Assembly (NCBI RefSeq): GCF_032066555.1
Contig: NZ_DAMBKV010000003.1
Span: 214,300 to 278,299 of the forward strand
Origin: Stenotrophomonas sp.
GTDB taxonomy: Bacteria > Pseudomonadota > Gammaproteobacteria > Xanthomonadales > Xanthomonadaceae
DNA: 64,000 bases
Direction of reading: 5' to 3'
Shown here: positions 26,655 to 37,100 of the stretch, piece by piece
Layout: each line of letters begins with the position of its first letter
How positions within the stretch are numbered: the stretch's first letter is position 1
Notes under the pieces: model-generated
Databases searched by the model: none
What the model saw: the letters and a program-made list of their open reading frames with translations, nothing else
What the model was told of the DNA's origin: nothing
Translations under genes and position numbers: made by a program

Positions 26655-27071
26655 GTGAACACCACCATGATGCTGAGTGATTTCGACGACCTGTTGCGTG
26701 CCGCGCTTGAGCAGACCGAGCCACAACGCCTGTTGTTCGTATTCGTCAAAGCCGAACTGCCCGAATCCCCCACCGCCGATCAGCATGCCCGCCACAACAG
26801 CGGCGAAGGCGGCACCCTGAGCCCGGTGCTGTGCGTGGACAAGGCCCCGCAGGAAGTCGCCTCGTTTGCCGCACTTGCCGCGGAGTCTGCCAACACCGGC
26901 CTGGCCTGGGACCTGGTGTTCGTTGCTTCGCTGGACGGGCGTGCCGGCGTTGCTCCTTCCAGCGATGAAGCCGCGCAGCCGCTGCGGCTGATGGTCAACG
27001 CCATCAACGACGGCCAGATCAGCCGCTTCGCCGCATTCGACCGCGACGGCGCCCCCGTGCAGTTCTACTAG
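26655..27071 (+). CDS. conserved hypothetical protein
   Basis: 138-aa ORF (GTG 26655; ATG alternatives at 26667/26670): MLSDFDDLLRAALEQTEPQRLLFVFVKAELPE...PLRLMVNAINDGQISRFAAFDRDGAPVQFY. It resembles a small conserved gammaproteobacterial protein of unknown function. Confidence 0.6.
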   Translation: MNTTMMLSDFDDLLRAALEQTEPQRLLFVFVKAELPESPTADQHARHNSGEGGTLSPVLCVDKAPQEVASFAALAAESANTGLAWDLVFVASLDGRAGVAPSSDEAAQPLRLMVNAINDGQISRFAAFDRDGAPVQFY

Positions 27072-27394
27072 GTGGCCAACTGCAGAAGAAGGAAGAACAC
27101 CACCAATACGGTATTCAGGCCCCAGGCCACAGTCAGGCCGCGCGCGGCCATGCCGTAATTGGGATTGCGTGCACTGGGGGCCGCCCGCCATACCGTCGGG
27201 ATGATCCAACCGGTATAGAGCAGCAGCACCGCGAACAGACCAAGCAGCAGGGGCGTCCTGCCCTGCGCCAGCGCCCACAGCGCAGCGCCCCATAACAGGT
27301 TGCTGGGAATCACCCCCTGCAGCCAGAACACCCGCCACAGACGTGAGGGCGGCAGCTTGTCGCCCGGGGCAGTCATCGAACCTACAGCAGTCAT
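27068..27394 (-). CDS. small hypothetical membrane protein (3 TM)
   Basis: ORF 27068..27421, with the start moved to ATG 27394, which has AGGAG 7 nt upstream. The predicted helices are hydrophobic and Trp-rich (LWRVFWLQGVIPSNLLWGAALWALA...LLLGLFAVLLLYTGWII...TVAWGLNTVLVVFFLLLQL). Confidence 0.5.
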   Translation of the reverse strand: MTAVGSMTAPGDKLPPSRLWRVFWLQGVIPSNLLWGAALWALAQGRTPLLLGLFAVLLLYTGWIIPTVWRAAPSARNPNYGMAARGLTVAWGLNTVLVVFFLLLQLAT

Positions 27395-27955
27395 GATCGG
27401 GACTCCTGAGTTGCGCAGCACTGTACCCGAGCTTGCACCTGTGGAGCGGGCGGGTCAAATCCGCTGACGTTCCACAGCTGTCAAGCGCACTGTCAGGCGC
27501 CTCGGCGATGTTGCCGCCGACGACGTCCGCCCCGCTGCGCTCCGACAGCCGACCTACCTTCCAGGTGCCCGGCACACGGATGCCGGTTACGCCGGCTGCC
27601 CAGGCCAGCGCTGCATCTGTCGCGACGTCGCGATAGCCCCGCATCAGCGCCCCATCTACGCCATCTAGTCCGAACAGTCGCGACAGATCGCGCGGGCTGG
27701 TTCGCCTTACCCTCGCTACCCATAAGCACCGACGGGGGTGCTGGCCGCAGACCGCTGCAGCCAAGCGCAGGCAGCGCAGGAATGAAAGCGCCGCCACAGG
27801 ACAGCCGTGTGTCCCGCCGTGCAGGTTGCCACAGACACTCGCCGCCCGGCAGGTGCGCCGCCCGCCCTGGCAATAGCAGGCGCGGAAGGCCGCCGGCCTG
27901 CGCGTGCAGCCGCGAAAGACGAGCTTCCGCACCAACTAATGATGGAGATGAACCC

Positions 27956-29395
27956 ATGTATGACCAGCACGAGCTGGAACGGGTATTGGCCCTGCAACGG
28001 GAAAGCTTTCTGCTGCAGGGCGATCCCAGCCTGCAGGAACGCAGCGCGCGTACCAGCCGGCTGGCGCTGGCGCTGCTGGAGAACATAGATGCCCTCAGCG
28101 ACGCCCTTTGCGCGGACTATGGCTGGCGCGCGGCGGTGGTTTCCAAGGCTTTCGAAGGACTCAGCTGGGTACAGGATATCGAACAGTCATTGCACGAGCT
28201 TGCGCAATGGATGGCCCCGCGCGAAGTACCCGGGGGCTTTGTGCAGGCCAAGCCAAAGGGTGTTGTCGGAGTCATGGGTGCATGGAACTTCCCCTTGGCC
28301 TTGACCCTTCAGCCCGCCATGGCGGCGTTGGCTGCAGGTAATCGGGTGATGTTGAATTTCCCCGAGCAACACCCGCGTACCGGTGCCCTGCTGCGCGAAA
28401 TAGTCTGCGCGCGCTTCGACGAGAGTGAAGTAGCGGTCTTCAATGGCGATATCGACACCGCGCGGCAGTTCTCCGCGCTGCGCCTGGATCACCTGTTCTT
28501 TACCGGTTCCCCGCAGGTAGGCGCCTTGGTGTCACAGGCGGCGGCAAAGAACCTGGTGCCGGTGACGCTGGAGCTGGGCGGCAAGAACCCCGTCGTGGTG
28601 GCGCGTGACGCCGACCTGCTGCTGGCGGCGACCCGTATCGTCTCGAGCCGCCTGCTGAATGGAGGCCAGGTCTGCCTCTGCCCCGACTATGTATTCATCC
28701 CCGATGAGAAGTTCGAGGAATTCGTTGGCCACCTCAAGGCCAGGATCCGCAGTATTGCAGGTGACTACCTGCACAACCCGGCGATCGTGCCCAGCGTCGA
28801 TGCGCGCAACTATGCACGCGTACTGGCCCTGATCGACAACGCCGTCGCGCTGGGGGCACAGAAACTGGAGCCTCTGGCAGACACCCAGCTTCGTTATCTG
28901 CCCGACCCTGCTTCACGCCGGATCGCGCCTACCCTGTTGGTCGACGTGCCCGAGGCCGCCGAGGTCAACCACCATGAAATATTCGGCCCGGTACTGGTAG
29001 TGAAGCGTTATCTCGATGTGCAGCAGGCCATCGATTACATCGCACGTCATCCCGCCCCCCTCGCCGCCTATTGGTTTGGCGGCGACGGCGTCGATTTCCG
29101 CCACTTCCTGGACCATACGACCAGCGGCGGGGTAAGCCGCAACGATGGCTTCCTCCATGGCCTGCTGCCTGGAGTGCCGTTCGGTGGCATAGGCAACTCC
29201 GGCTCGGGGGCCTACCACGGCCGCGCTGGCTTCGACACCTTCACCCATTACCGCGCGGTCGCCAACGGCGCCGGCGAACAAGGTGTCGCCGACGGCTTCG
29301 TCAGTGGCGCGATGCTCGGCCCCGCCGCGTTGGCCGGGGTGGACCGCAGCATTGCCGCAGCCATCGCCGGATTCAGAAGGTCTGCTGGGTTCTGA
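27956..29395 (+). CDS. aldehyde dehydrogenase family protein (coniferyl-aldehyde dehydrogenase-like)
   Basis: The start MYDQHELERVLALQRESF is preceded by GGAG. Motifs ELGGKNP and EIFGPVL are present, a catalytic-Cys region GGQVCLCPDY, and C-terminal FGGIGNSGSGAYHG. Length about 479 aa. Confidence 0.85.
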   Translation: MYDQHELERVLALQRESFLLQGDPSLQERSARTSRLALALLENIDALSDALCADYGWRAAVVSKAFEGLSWVQDIEQSLHELAQWMAPREVPGGFVQAKPKGVVGVMGAWNFPLALTLQPAMAALAAGNRVMLNFPEQHPRTGALLREIVCARFDESEVAVFNGDIDTARQFSALRLDHLFFTGSPQVGALVSQAAAKNLVPVTLELGGKNPVVVARDADLLLAATRIVSSRLLNGGQVCLCPDYVFIPDEKFEEFVGHLKARIRSIAGDYLHNPAIVPSVDARNYARVLALIDNAVALGAQKLEPLADTQLRYLPDPASRRIAPTLLVDVPEAAEVNHHEIFGPVLVVKRYLDVQQAIDYIARHPAPLAAYWFGGDGVDFRHFLDHTTSGGVSRNDGFLHGLLPGVPFGGIGNSGSGAYHGRAGFDTFTHYRAVANGAGEQGVADGFVSGAMLGPAALAGVDRSIAAAIAGFRRSAGF

Positions 29396-29458
29396 GGCAC
29401 GCCGCGTTTGCCAACCGCCAATGTCCGCTGGCGCACTCAACCGCGCAGTGCGGGTGAC

Positions 29459-30079
29459 TCAATCCGCATCATCCAGAAGACAGCGCACCAGCTTCTCGAC
29501 CAGCCGGCTCACCTGCTTGCGATCGATCTCGGCCCCCACCGCACTGCGCACCATCACACCGTTGAAGATGGCCGAAATCATGTTCATCCGCAGCTCGACC
29601 TCGGCCGCATGCATGCCCGCCGGCAACCCGACCCGGTTGGACAGCGCCATGAACTCGCCGGTCACCACCTTGTCGGACTGTCGCAGGATGCGCTGGATGG
29701 CCGGGTTGCGTGCGGCTTCGGCGGCCAACTCCAGTTGCAGTTCCAGATAGGCGGGGTCCAGGCAGCGATCGACCGAATCGGCGACCTGCCGCGTTACCCG
29801 GGTTGCCAGGCTGCCGCCGCTCTCGTCTTCCTGGAGCTTGCGCGCAAGCTCGGAGATGTTCTGCTCCTCGCGCTTGGCAATGGCCTCGACGATGGCTTCC
29901 TTGTTCTCGAAGTAGTGGTAGATGTGCCCCGGGCTCATCCCGGCCGCTTTCGAGATCTTGGCGATGCTGGTGCCGTGGAAGCCATTGCGGCGGAAGCAGG
30001 CACTGGCGGCATCCAGCACCTGCTGGCGGCGCGCCTCGCCTTTTTCCTGACCTGACGCAGCGCTGCTGCTCGCATTCAT
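29459..30079 (-). CDS. TetR/AcrR-family transcriptional regulator
   Basis: N-terminal HTH: RRQQVLDAASACFRRNGFHGTSIAKISKAAGMSPGHIYHYFENKEAIVEAI. The start is ATG 30079 or GTG 30088. Confidence 0.85.
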   Translation of the reverse strand: MNASSSAASGQEKGEARRQQVLDAASACFRRNGFHGTSIAKISKAAGMSPGHIYHYFENKEAIVEAIAKREEQNISELARKLQEDESGGSLATRVTRQVADSVDRCLDPAYLELQLELAAEAARNPAIQRILRQSDKVVTGEFMALSNRVGLPAGMHAAEVELRMNMISAIFNGVMVRSAVGAEIDRKQVSRLVEKLVRCLLDDAD

Positions 30080-30141
30080 GAAGTGCACCTTGGGATGACG
30101 TGACCAGATTTGCGCATGACCGCAGCCAGGTTGTGTAGTAC

Positions 30142-30170
30142 GATCATTCTAGTTAGAACAATCATTCTAA
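30142..30170. promoter_or_regulatory. candidate operator in the TetR/usp divergent intergenic region
   Basis: AT-rich segment GATCATTCTAGTTAGAACAATCATTCTAA. It contains the inverted repeat TTCTA-GT-TAGAA (30147-30158) and a direct repeat of ATCATTCTA. Confidence 0.3.
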
Positions 30171-30228
30171 TTCAGTTCGGCATCCGGACCCACGCCGGCC
30201 GTCGAGGCAAGCACAACGGAGCCTGTCC

Positions 30229-31074
30229 ATGACCACCTTGCTGAAAGACATCGCGGTACTGTTCGACGCCAGCGAAGCCGGGCAACAGATCCTGGATACG
30301 GCAGCGCGGTTGGCCGGCGGCCATGCCGCACATCTGATCGGCATTACCGCCCTGGCCCAGCAGCCAGCCTCCCTGCAGGCAGGCTTTGCCAAGGGCGAGG
30401 CATTGCATGAGGTGATCGTCCGCCACCAGTCGGTGATGGCCGCGCGGGCGTTGCAGCTGGGGCAGCGCTTGAACGACACGCTGGGGCGCCATGCTGTCAG
30501 TGGCGAACTGCGGGTGATCTCACACGCCGAATCCAGCAGCGAGTCTTCGCTGCATGCCCTGTACTGCGACCTGCTGGTCGTGAGCCATCCGAACATCCCG
30601 GCCTCGCCGCTGACCTGGTCCGCTCCACAGATACTGCAGCAATCCGGCATCCCGATCCTGATCGTGCCGCGCGACTGGGGTGACAAACCCATTGGCAAGA
30701 ACCTGCTGGTCGCATGGAATGGCAGCAGGCAGTCACGCCGCGCCATCGCCGATGCCATGCCGATGCTGGTCAATGCGGCCGAAGTCACCCTGTTGATCAT
30801 CGACCCGGAACGCAAGGCCGACCTGCACGGCGACGAACCCGGCGCGGACATGGCCGCGTATCTCGCCCGCCACCAGGTCAAGGTCAACCTGCAACGGCTT
30901 TCCTCGTCGGGCACGCCGGTGGCGGATGTGATCGTCGCACAGGCAAAGGCGGCGCACTGCGACATGGTGGTGCTCGGTGCCTATAGCCGGCCCAAGTTGA
31001 GCGAGGTGCTGTTTGGCGGCGTGACCCGAACCCTGTTGAGCGAGGTGCCCGTACCGTTGTTCGTCTCCCAATAG
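30229..31074 (+). CDS. universal stress protein (tandem Usp domains)
   Basis: 281 aa with two Usp-like halves. The second ends in the ATP-binding-type motif DMVVLGAYSRPKLSEVLFGGVTRTLLSEVPVPLFVS. Confidence 0.85.
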   Translation: MTTLLKDIAVLFDASEAGQQILDTAARLAGGHAAHLIGITALAQQPASLQAGFAKGEALHEVIVRHQSVMAARALQLGQRLNDTLGRHAVSGELRVISHAESSSESSLHALYCDLLVVSHPNIPASPLTWSAPQILQQSGIPILIVPRDWGDKPIGKNLLVAWNGSRQSRRAIADAMPMLVNAAEVTLLIIDPERKADLHGDEPGADMAAYLARHQVKVNLQRLSSSGTPVADVIVAQAKAAHCDMVVLGAYSRPKLSEVLFGGVTRTLLSEVPVPLFVSQ

Positions 31075-31247
31075 CCCCACGTTTGCTTCCCCACACCAAG
31101 TAGCGTCTGCCACATGCATGCAAGTCTGTATGCCCAGCCACCGAATCTCCTGCTGACTCTCCTTCAGCAGGGATGCCTCCCGGTCTCTCCCCCGGCCGCG
31201 GAGTGCTGCAGTCCACGGACTGCGCGAATGTCGCGATGACATCCGCG

Positions 31248-31285
31248 CCGGGAGGCGGTAGAGCCCCGCCTCCCGGCTTTTCTTT
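31248..31285 (+). terminator. strong orphan rho-independent terminator
   Basis: 11-bp GC-rich stem CCGGGAGGCGG/CCGCCTCCCGG (31248-58/31266-76) with a 7-nt loop, followed by CTTTTCTTT. It lies about 175 nt after the usp stop with no ORF in between. Confidence 0.6.
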
Positions 31286-31517
31286 ACCGCAAGCGTCCGC
31301 TACCTGCCTGAGGACGGCCGTGTTCAGCGCCGGTTTTGGCGCAACTGAGATGCTGCAGATCAGCGTTGCATGCATGACGATCCATCCCATCCACGCAGGT
31401 AGCAACCAAGCTCCCGACTCCTAGAATCAAAGTGCCGAGATCATCGCGGCAGGGCTGCCGTCTCCGGGTCAGCCAGGCGAACCATTCCGTTTGAGTAACC
31501 TGCAACAGGAAACATCA

Positions 31518-31949
31518 ATGAACGTCCGCGAACTCCTGCAGTCCAAGAAGCAAACCGTTGTCACCATCGATGCGGAAGACACCATCGGTGCCGCCGCGCA
31601 CAAGATGAGCGCGCACAGGATCGCCGCACTCGTGGTGATGAAGGACGACGTACCGGTAAGCATCATTTCCGAAAAGGACATCGTACGCAGCGTGGCCGAC
31701 GATGGCCCCCAGGCGGGACGCCGGGTCATTTCCAGCCTGCCGTCGACGGGCCTGGAAGGCATCGCCCCCGAGGCCAGCCTCAAGCAGGCGATGGCCTTGA
31801 TGACGTACTCGCGCCACCGTCACCTGATGGTGACCGAAGATTCAAGACTGATCGGCATCCTCAGCCTGGGCGATATCGTCAAGAACCTGCTCAGTGAACT
31901 CGAACTTGAGAAGGCCGTGCTGCAGGACATCTACACTGCCGCGCACTGA
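31518..31949 (+). CDS. CBS-domain pair protein
   Basis: MNVRELLQSKKQTVVTIDAEDTIGAAAHKMSAHRIAALVVMKDDVPVSIISEKDIVR...HRHLMVTEDSRLIGILSLGDIVK shows two CBS motifs. AGGA lies 7 nt upstream of ATG 31518; the ORF-track TTG start is at 31491. Confidence 0.8.
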   Translation: MNVRELLQSKKQTVVTIDAEDTIGAAAHKMSAHRIAALVVMKDDVPVSIISEKDIVRSVADDGPQAGRRVISSLPSTGLEGIAPEASLKQAMALMTYSRHRHLMVTEDSRLIGILSLGDIVKNLLSELELEKAVLQDIYTAAH

Positions 31950-32227
31950 ACCGCGCATACGCTCAAACCGGGGCCCGCGTGGCTGAGACGCGCAGGCTCC
32001 ACCCTTCACTTCGGCCGGATCGACAGCAGCGGCATGCCAGCGATTGCACCGCCACCTTCGCGACGCAGCGCGAACTGCTTGCGGTATCGCGGTTCAAACC
32101 CGCATTCAACGCGATCCTGCGTCGCCATCTGCAACGGCCACGCGCTGGAGAGAACCGCTGTTCTCCAGCGCTGTCGACCGTTGCCGGCGAGGCAACACAC
32201 ATGCCCCCAATCAGGGGGGGGCCGCGG

Positions 32228-33502
32228 TTATCGACGCTGCGCGCGCTTGGCCAACTCGATGAGCATCCGCGACGCCAGGTACAGGCGTGGCGGGATGGAA
32301 TCAATCTCGATGTACTCATTGCGTGCGTGGTAACCCCAGCCTGCCAGGCCCAGGCCTTCCAATACCGCGGCATGGCCCGACCGCCCTGCGAAACCGGCAT
32401 CGGTGCCGCCGTTGGTGGTGGGATGCATCAGCAACGTGCGGCCGTCGAGTTCGGCATAGATCTCCTGTGCCAGGTCCGCCAACTCACGACCACGTTCACC
32501 CGCCACGTAGATCGGCCGCAGGGGCTCCAGCGTCACCGTGGTGGTGGTATCCGGCACCGCGTGGCTTTCCTTGACCTTGGCCTGCAGTGCCGCCAGCAGA
32601 TTGGCATTGCTGTCGGTCTGCGTGACACGTGCATCACCCCCCACTTCGGCGCGTTCCGGAATCTGGTTCCGCGCCGTGCCGGCATTTGCCGTGGTCCAGT
32701 TGAGCTGCGCACCCGGCACCCCGGTGGCGACGTCCTTGGTCTGGATGATCTGATGGGCCAACTCGACGAGTGCGTTGCGGCCCTGCTCCGGAGCCGCGCC
32801 CGCGTGTGCGGACAGACCCTGCACCGTCATCCGCACCTGCGAAGTGCCGGCGGCACTGAGCAGCACGCCTTCGCTCTCGATCACCGCCTTGGCCGGCGAT
32901 GGCTCGAAGGACAACACCACGTCATGTTCGTCGGCCAGCTTGGCAATGGTTTCGCCTGAGCCCGGCGAGCCGATCTCTTCGTCTGGATTGAACAACACCG
33001 TGACCGTCGCGTAATCATTCCAGCCGCGCGCCTTGAGCAGGGCCAGTGAGTGCAGGATGACCGCGATCCCGCCCTTGTCGTCGGCAATACCTGGCCCGTA
33101 CAGCAGATTGCCCTTCTGCTGGAAGGGCTCCTTTTCCAGGATGCCGCGGTCATAGACCGTATCGGCATGCGCGATCAGCATGACCTTCAGCTTGCCGTTG
33201 CCGCTGAAGGTACCGCGGACCAGATCCGGTCCCCCGGCAGCCGACGCAACCCGCTCCACCTTCGCATCCAGCGCGCTCAGCCGCTTGTCCAGATAGGCCA
33301 TCAGCTTGCCAACGCCCTCGTGGTCGGTCGAACCCGATTCCACCGTCACCAGATCGCGCAGTGTCTCGATCACCGCCGGTTGTTGCGCCATGGCCGCGGA
33401 CCGCAGCTGTGCATCGAGCTGCGCCGCTTGCACCTGTGCCTGCGGCCCCATGACACCTGCCAGCAACATGCCGCTGAAAATCGCCGTACGTAGAACGCTC
33501 AT
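32228..33502 (-). CDS. M20-family metallopeptidase (glutamate carboxypeptidase / CPG2-like), secreted
   Basis: Signal peptide MSVLRTAIFSGMLLAGVMGPQAQVQA. M20 motifs are present: LIAHADTVY, GPGIADDKGG and NPDEEIGSPGS. Confidence 0.85.
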   Translation of the reverse strand: MSVLRTAIFSGMLLAGVMGPQAQVQAAQLDAQLRSAAMAQQPAVIETLRDLVTVESGSTDHEGVGKLMAYLDKRLSALDAKVERVASAAGGPDLVRGTFSGNGKLKVMLIAHADTVYDRGILEKEPFQQKGNLLYGPGIADDKGGIAVILHSLALLKARGWNDYATVTVLFNPDEEIGSPGSGETIAKLADEHDVVLSFEPSPAKAVIESEGVLLSAAGTSQVRMTVQGLSAHAGAAPEQGRNALVELAHQIIQTKDVATGVPGAQLNWTTANAGTARNQIPERAEVGGDARVTQTDSNANLLAALQAKVKESHAVPDTTTTVTLEPLRPIYVAGERGRELADLAQEIYAELDGRTLLMHPTTNGGTDAGFAGRSGHAAVLEGLGLAGWGYHARNEYIEIDSIPPRLYLASRMLIELAKRAQRR

Positions 33503-34117
33503 GCATCACTCCTGTGGCAACGATTCGACGCGATGATAACCGCCGCAATCGGCGGTTCACCCCACTGCGCACTTGCAGGCTGGTGCTCGGACAGCGTCCC
33601 GGCCGGTCGCGGCTCCCGGGCAATCGCGCCCCAACGCCGCCCTGATCCGCATTGCCAGCGCACGCCGCCACAAAGTGCCAGCGCCCAGGACGGCTCAGCT
33701 TCGCGCAAGTCAGCAAGGTTCCGGCCCGGAGCTTGCCGTTTGCACGATGAAGGCTGCGGGTCTGCATCCAGACCCGACCTGGACAGGCTTGGTCTCGCTG
33801 CCCACGGAACGTAAGAGCCCACCATGGAATGCCTGCACCGGGCTCCTGATCCGTCCTCGACACCCTTCACCCGAAACACGTCCGGCCGAACCGATCGGCC
33901 TTCCTCCCGCGGCCGGCCAGCCATGGCCGACGGCCCCGCCCGCCGTCAGCCGGCTTCCCGTCGCTGGAAGACCTTCGCATCGCATCGGCCGCGGCCTTGG
34001 AGGTTCCCGACCGCATCTCTTGAGGCCGGTTGCGGACTGTCATAGAGTGCGCGCAGCGTGCTTGCCGTGCCCTTGGCGTCAGAAGGGCCACTGTCTTGGA
34101 GACATGTGGGGGAGTAC

Positions 34118-37100
34118 ATGGAAGAGGGAGATGCCTACGAAGCTTCCACCCGGCGATCGCTGGACCGCCGGTGGCTTGCGTTCGGCCTGGGCCTGTTGGG
34201 CATTGCACTGGCCGTACTTGTTGGCATCACGCAGCATCGCGACAACCAACAACACCAGCGCATCCGCTTCGACCAGGTTGCCAATGCAGCTACCACTACG
34301 CTGCAGACACAGCTGACGATGTTCGACCAAGGGCTGCGTGGCGCCAGGGGAGCGATCATTGCCGCCGGCCCACAGCTGGACCGCGACCGTTTCCGCGCCT
34401 ATAGCGCATCGCGTGACTATGCACGTGAGTTCCCGGGCATTCGCGGCTACGGATACATCCAGCGCGTCGCCGCGGAGGACCACGACGAATTCATCGAGGC
34501 CGCGCGCAGCGACGGCATGCCGGATTTCCAGGTGCATACGCTGGCGCCCAACGATGGCGAGCGCTTCGTCATTCGCTACATGGAGCCGATGACCAACAAC
34601 GAGGCCGCCCTCGGACTGGACATTGCTTCCGAACCGGTGCGGCGTGCGGCGGCGGAATACGCCGCGCGCAGTGGCCAGGCCTCGTTCACACCACCCATTA
34701 CCTTGGTGCAGGAAGCTGGCCTGAAGCGGCACGGCTTCTTGCTGCTGCTGCCAATCTACGCCTCCCACACACCTCCGCCCACCGCTGAAGAACGATGGAT
34801 GGAAACGCGTGGTTGGGTGGTCGCGCCGCTGACGATCGATGCCGTGCTTGATCGGCTGGAGCATGAGGAACGTTCCTACGCGATTGCACTCACCGATGTA
34901 GGCGAAGACGCCAGCAGTGGCCCCTTCTACACCAGCCCCGATTTCGACTCCCTGGATCCCGCCGCGCCGCAGTCGGAACGCCACATGAGCATCTATGGCC
35001 GCAACTGGCGCGTGCAACTCAAGGCGCGCCCGACCTTCGTCCCAGGTCTGGGGTTGCCTACGCCGTGGCTGGTCTCGCTGGTGGTCGCCGGGCTGGGCTT
35101 GCTGAGCGTCGCGGTCTGGTATCTGGTGACTACCGCACGCGTGCGACGGCGTGCGGCGTTCCTGGATCACGCACAGCTGCTGGCACTGGTGTCAGGCTCA
35201 AGCGAGACCATCATCGCCTGCAACCCTGTTGGCCGTATCACCTTGTGGAATGCGGCTGCGGAGAAAACCCTCGGTTACGCAGCGAGCGAAGCGCTCGGCC
35301 GCCGCATCGACAGCATGCTCGTTGACGAGGCCGGCACCCCCGCTTTCGATGATCTGTCCACCGACATCATCGGCGAACCGCACCAGCTGCGCCGCAAGGA
35401 TCACGGACTGGTCGATGTGCTCGCCAGCCTCTCGGTGATCCGCGACCCCGCCGGTCATATGCAGGGCGCATCATTTTTCCTGCATGACATCTCCCACCAT
35501 CTGCGTGCCGAGGAGCAGTTCAGGCGCGTGGTGGAGGCTTCGCCCAGTGCGATCCTGATGGTCAATGAAGCCGGCAGCATCCAACTGGCCAATGCGAAGG
35601 CCGAAGAACTCTTCGGCTACCCGCGGGAAGAACTACTGGGCAAGACCATGGATCGCCTCCTGCCATTGGAGACGCGTGGCCACCACGCCGGCTACATCGA
35701 ACGCTACTTCCAACAGCCCCAGGCGCGCCCGATGGGCGCCGGCCGCGATCTCTACGGGCTGCGGCGCGATGGTGCGCGCGTACCGGTGGAAATAGGCCTG
35801 AACCCGATAAACACCGCGGAAGGACGTTTCGCGCTCGCCTTCATCATCGACATCACTGAACGCAAACGGCATGAGGAAGGCATCATGCGCCTCAATGCCA
35901 CCCTCGAGCAGCAGGTACTGGATCGGACCGCGCAGATACGCACCTACTCCTCCCGCCTGGGCGCCATCCTGCAACATGCCGGCTACGCCATCATCGTCAC
36001 CGACCTGCGGGGCCGGATCACGCTTTTCAATCCCGCGGCGGAGCGCATGCTGGGCTATGACGCCAATGAGATCACCGCCAGCGATACCAATGCCGATCGA
36101 CTGCACGACGGAGAAGAGCTGCGCTCGCGCGCGTCCGCGTTGTCGACGCAGCACCACAACAACGTCGGTGCATCCTTTGCGCAGATTGCCGCCCTCACTA
36201 CCTGCAAGGGCAGCGACATCGCCGAATGGACGTATGTATGCGCCGACGGAGAGCGCCTTCCCGTCGCGCTGAATGTAAGCACCCTGCAGGACGATCAGGG
36301 AGAGGCATCCGGCTACCTGGTAATGGCCTCGGACCTCACCGAGCAGAAGCAGCGTGATTCGGCACTGCACCATGCCATCACCGCCGCCGAACAGGCCAAT
36401 CGCTCCAAGAGCGACTTCCTGGCAAACATGAGCCATGAAATCCGCACGCCCATGAATGCCATCCTGGGCATGCTCTACCTGTTGGACCGCGCTGACCTGC
36501 CTGCTTCCGCGCAGGACATGACCCGCAAGATCAATGTGGCGGCACGGTCGTTGCTGAGCATCATCAACGATGTGCTGGATTTCTCGAAGATAGAGGCCGG
36601 GCGGATCGAAGTGGAGCACGCTCCCTTTGATCTGGCCGAGGTGCTCGACAACGTCGCCACCCTCATGGCCTCGGCAGTGGATACGCGTGCGGTGGAAATG
36701 CTGGTTTCGCCGACACCGGAAGGTGCGCGCTACCTGCGCGGCGATGCCCTGCGCCTGGGCCAGGTACTGGTGAACCTGGTCAGCAATGCCATCAAATTCA
36801 CCGAGCGCGGTGAGGTAGGGTTGCACGTCGCTCGCCAGCCCTGCGCGGATGAGCGCAAGATCCGCCTGCGCTTCTCCGTCTTCGATACCGGAATGGGTAT
36901 CCCGCAGGAGAAGCAATCCATGGTCTTCTCCCCGTTCTCGCAGGTCGACTCATCGACCACACGACGTTTCGGCGGCACCGGCCTGGGCTTGAGCATCTGC
37001 CGGAAGCTGGTGGCATTGATGGGAGGCACGCTGGAGGTAGAGAGCAGCCCTGGCCAAGGCAGCACGTTCTTCTTCACCCTCGACTTTCCGCTGGCCAGCG

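Noticed and set aside
26589-27935. 448-aa minus-strand ORF spanning two annotated genes and the 27.4-27.9 kb gap
   Set aside because: It overlaps the better-supported 26655..27071 (+) and 27068..27394 (-) genes out of frame. Most of its translation is Arg/Cys/Gly-rich nonsense. Only a short central stretch looks protein-like, and that is reported separately as a low-interest finding.
32006-32200. Small minus-strand ORF in the CBS/peptidase gap; its last 40 codons read MATQDRVECGFEPRYRKQFALRREGGGAIAGMPLLSIRPK
   Set aside because: There is no Shine-Dalgarno before either start and no recognisable family. The upstream part is Cys/Arg/Trp-rich. This is insufficient evidence to call a gene.
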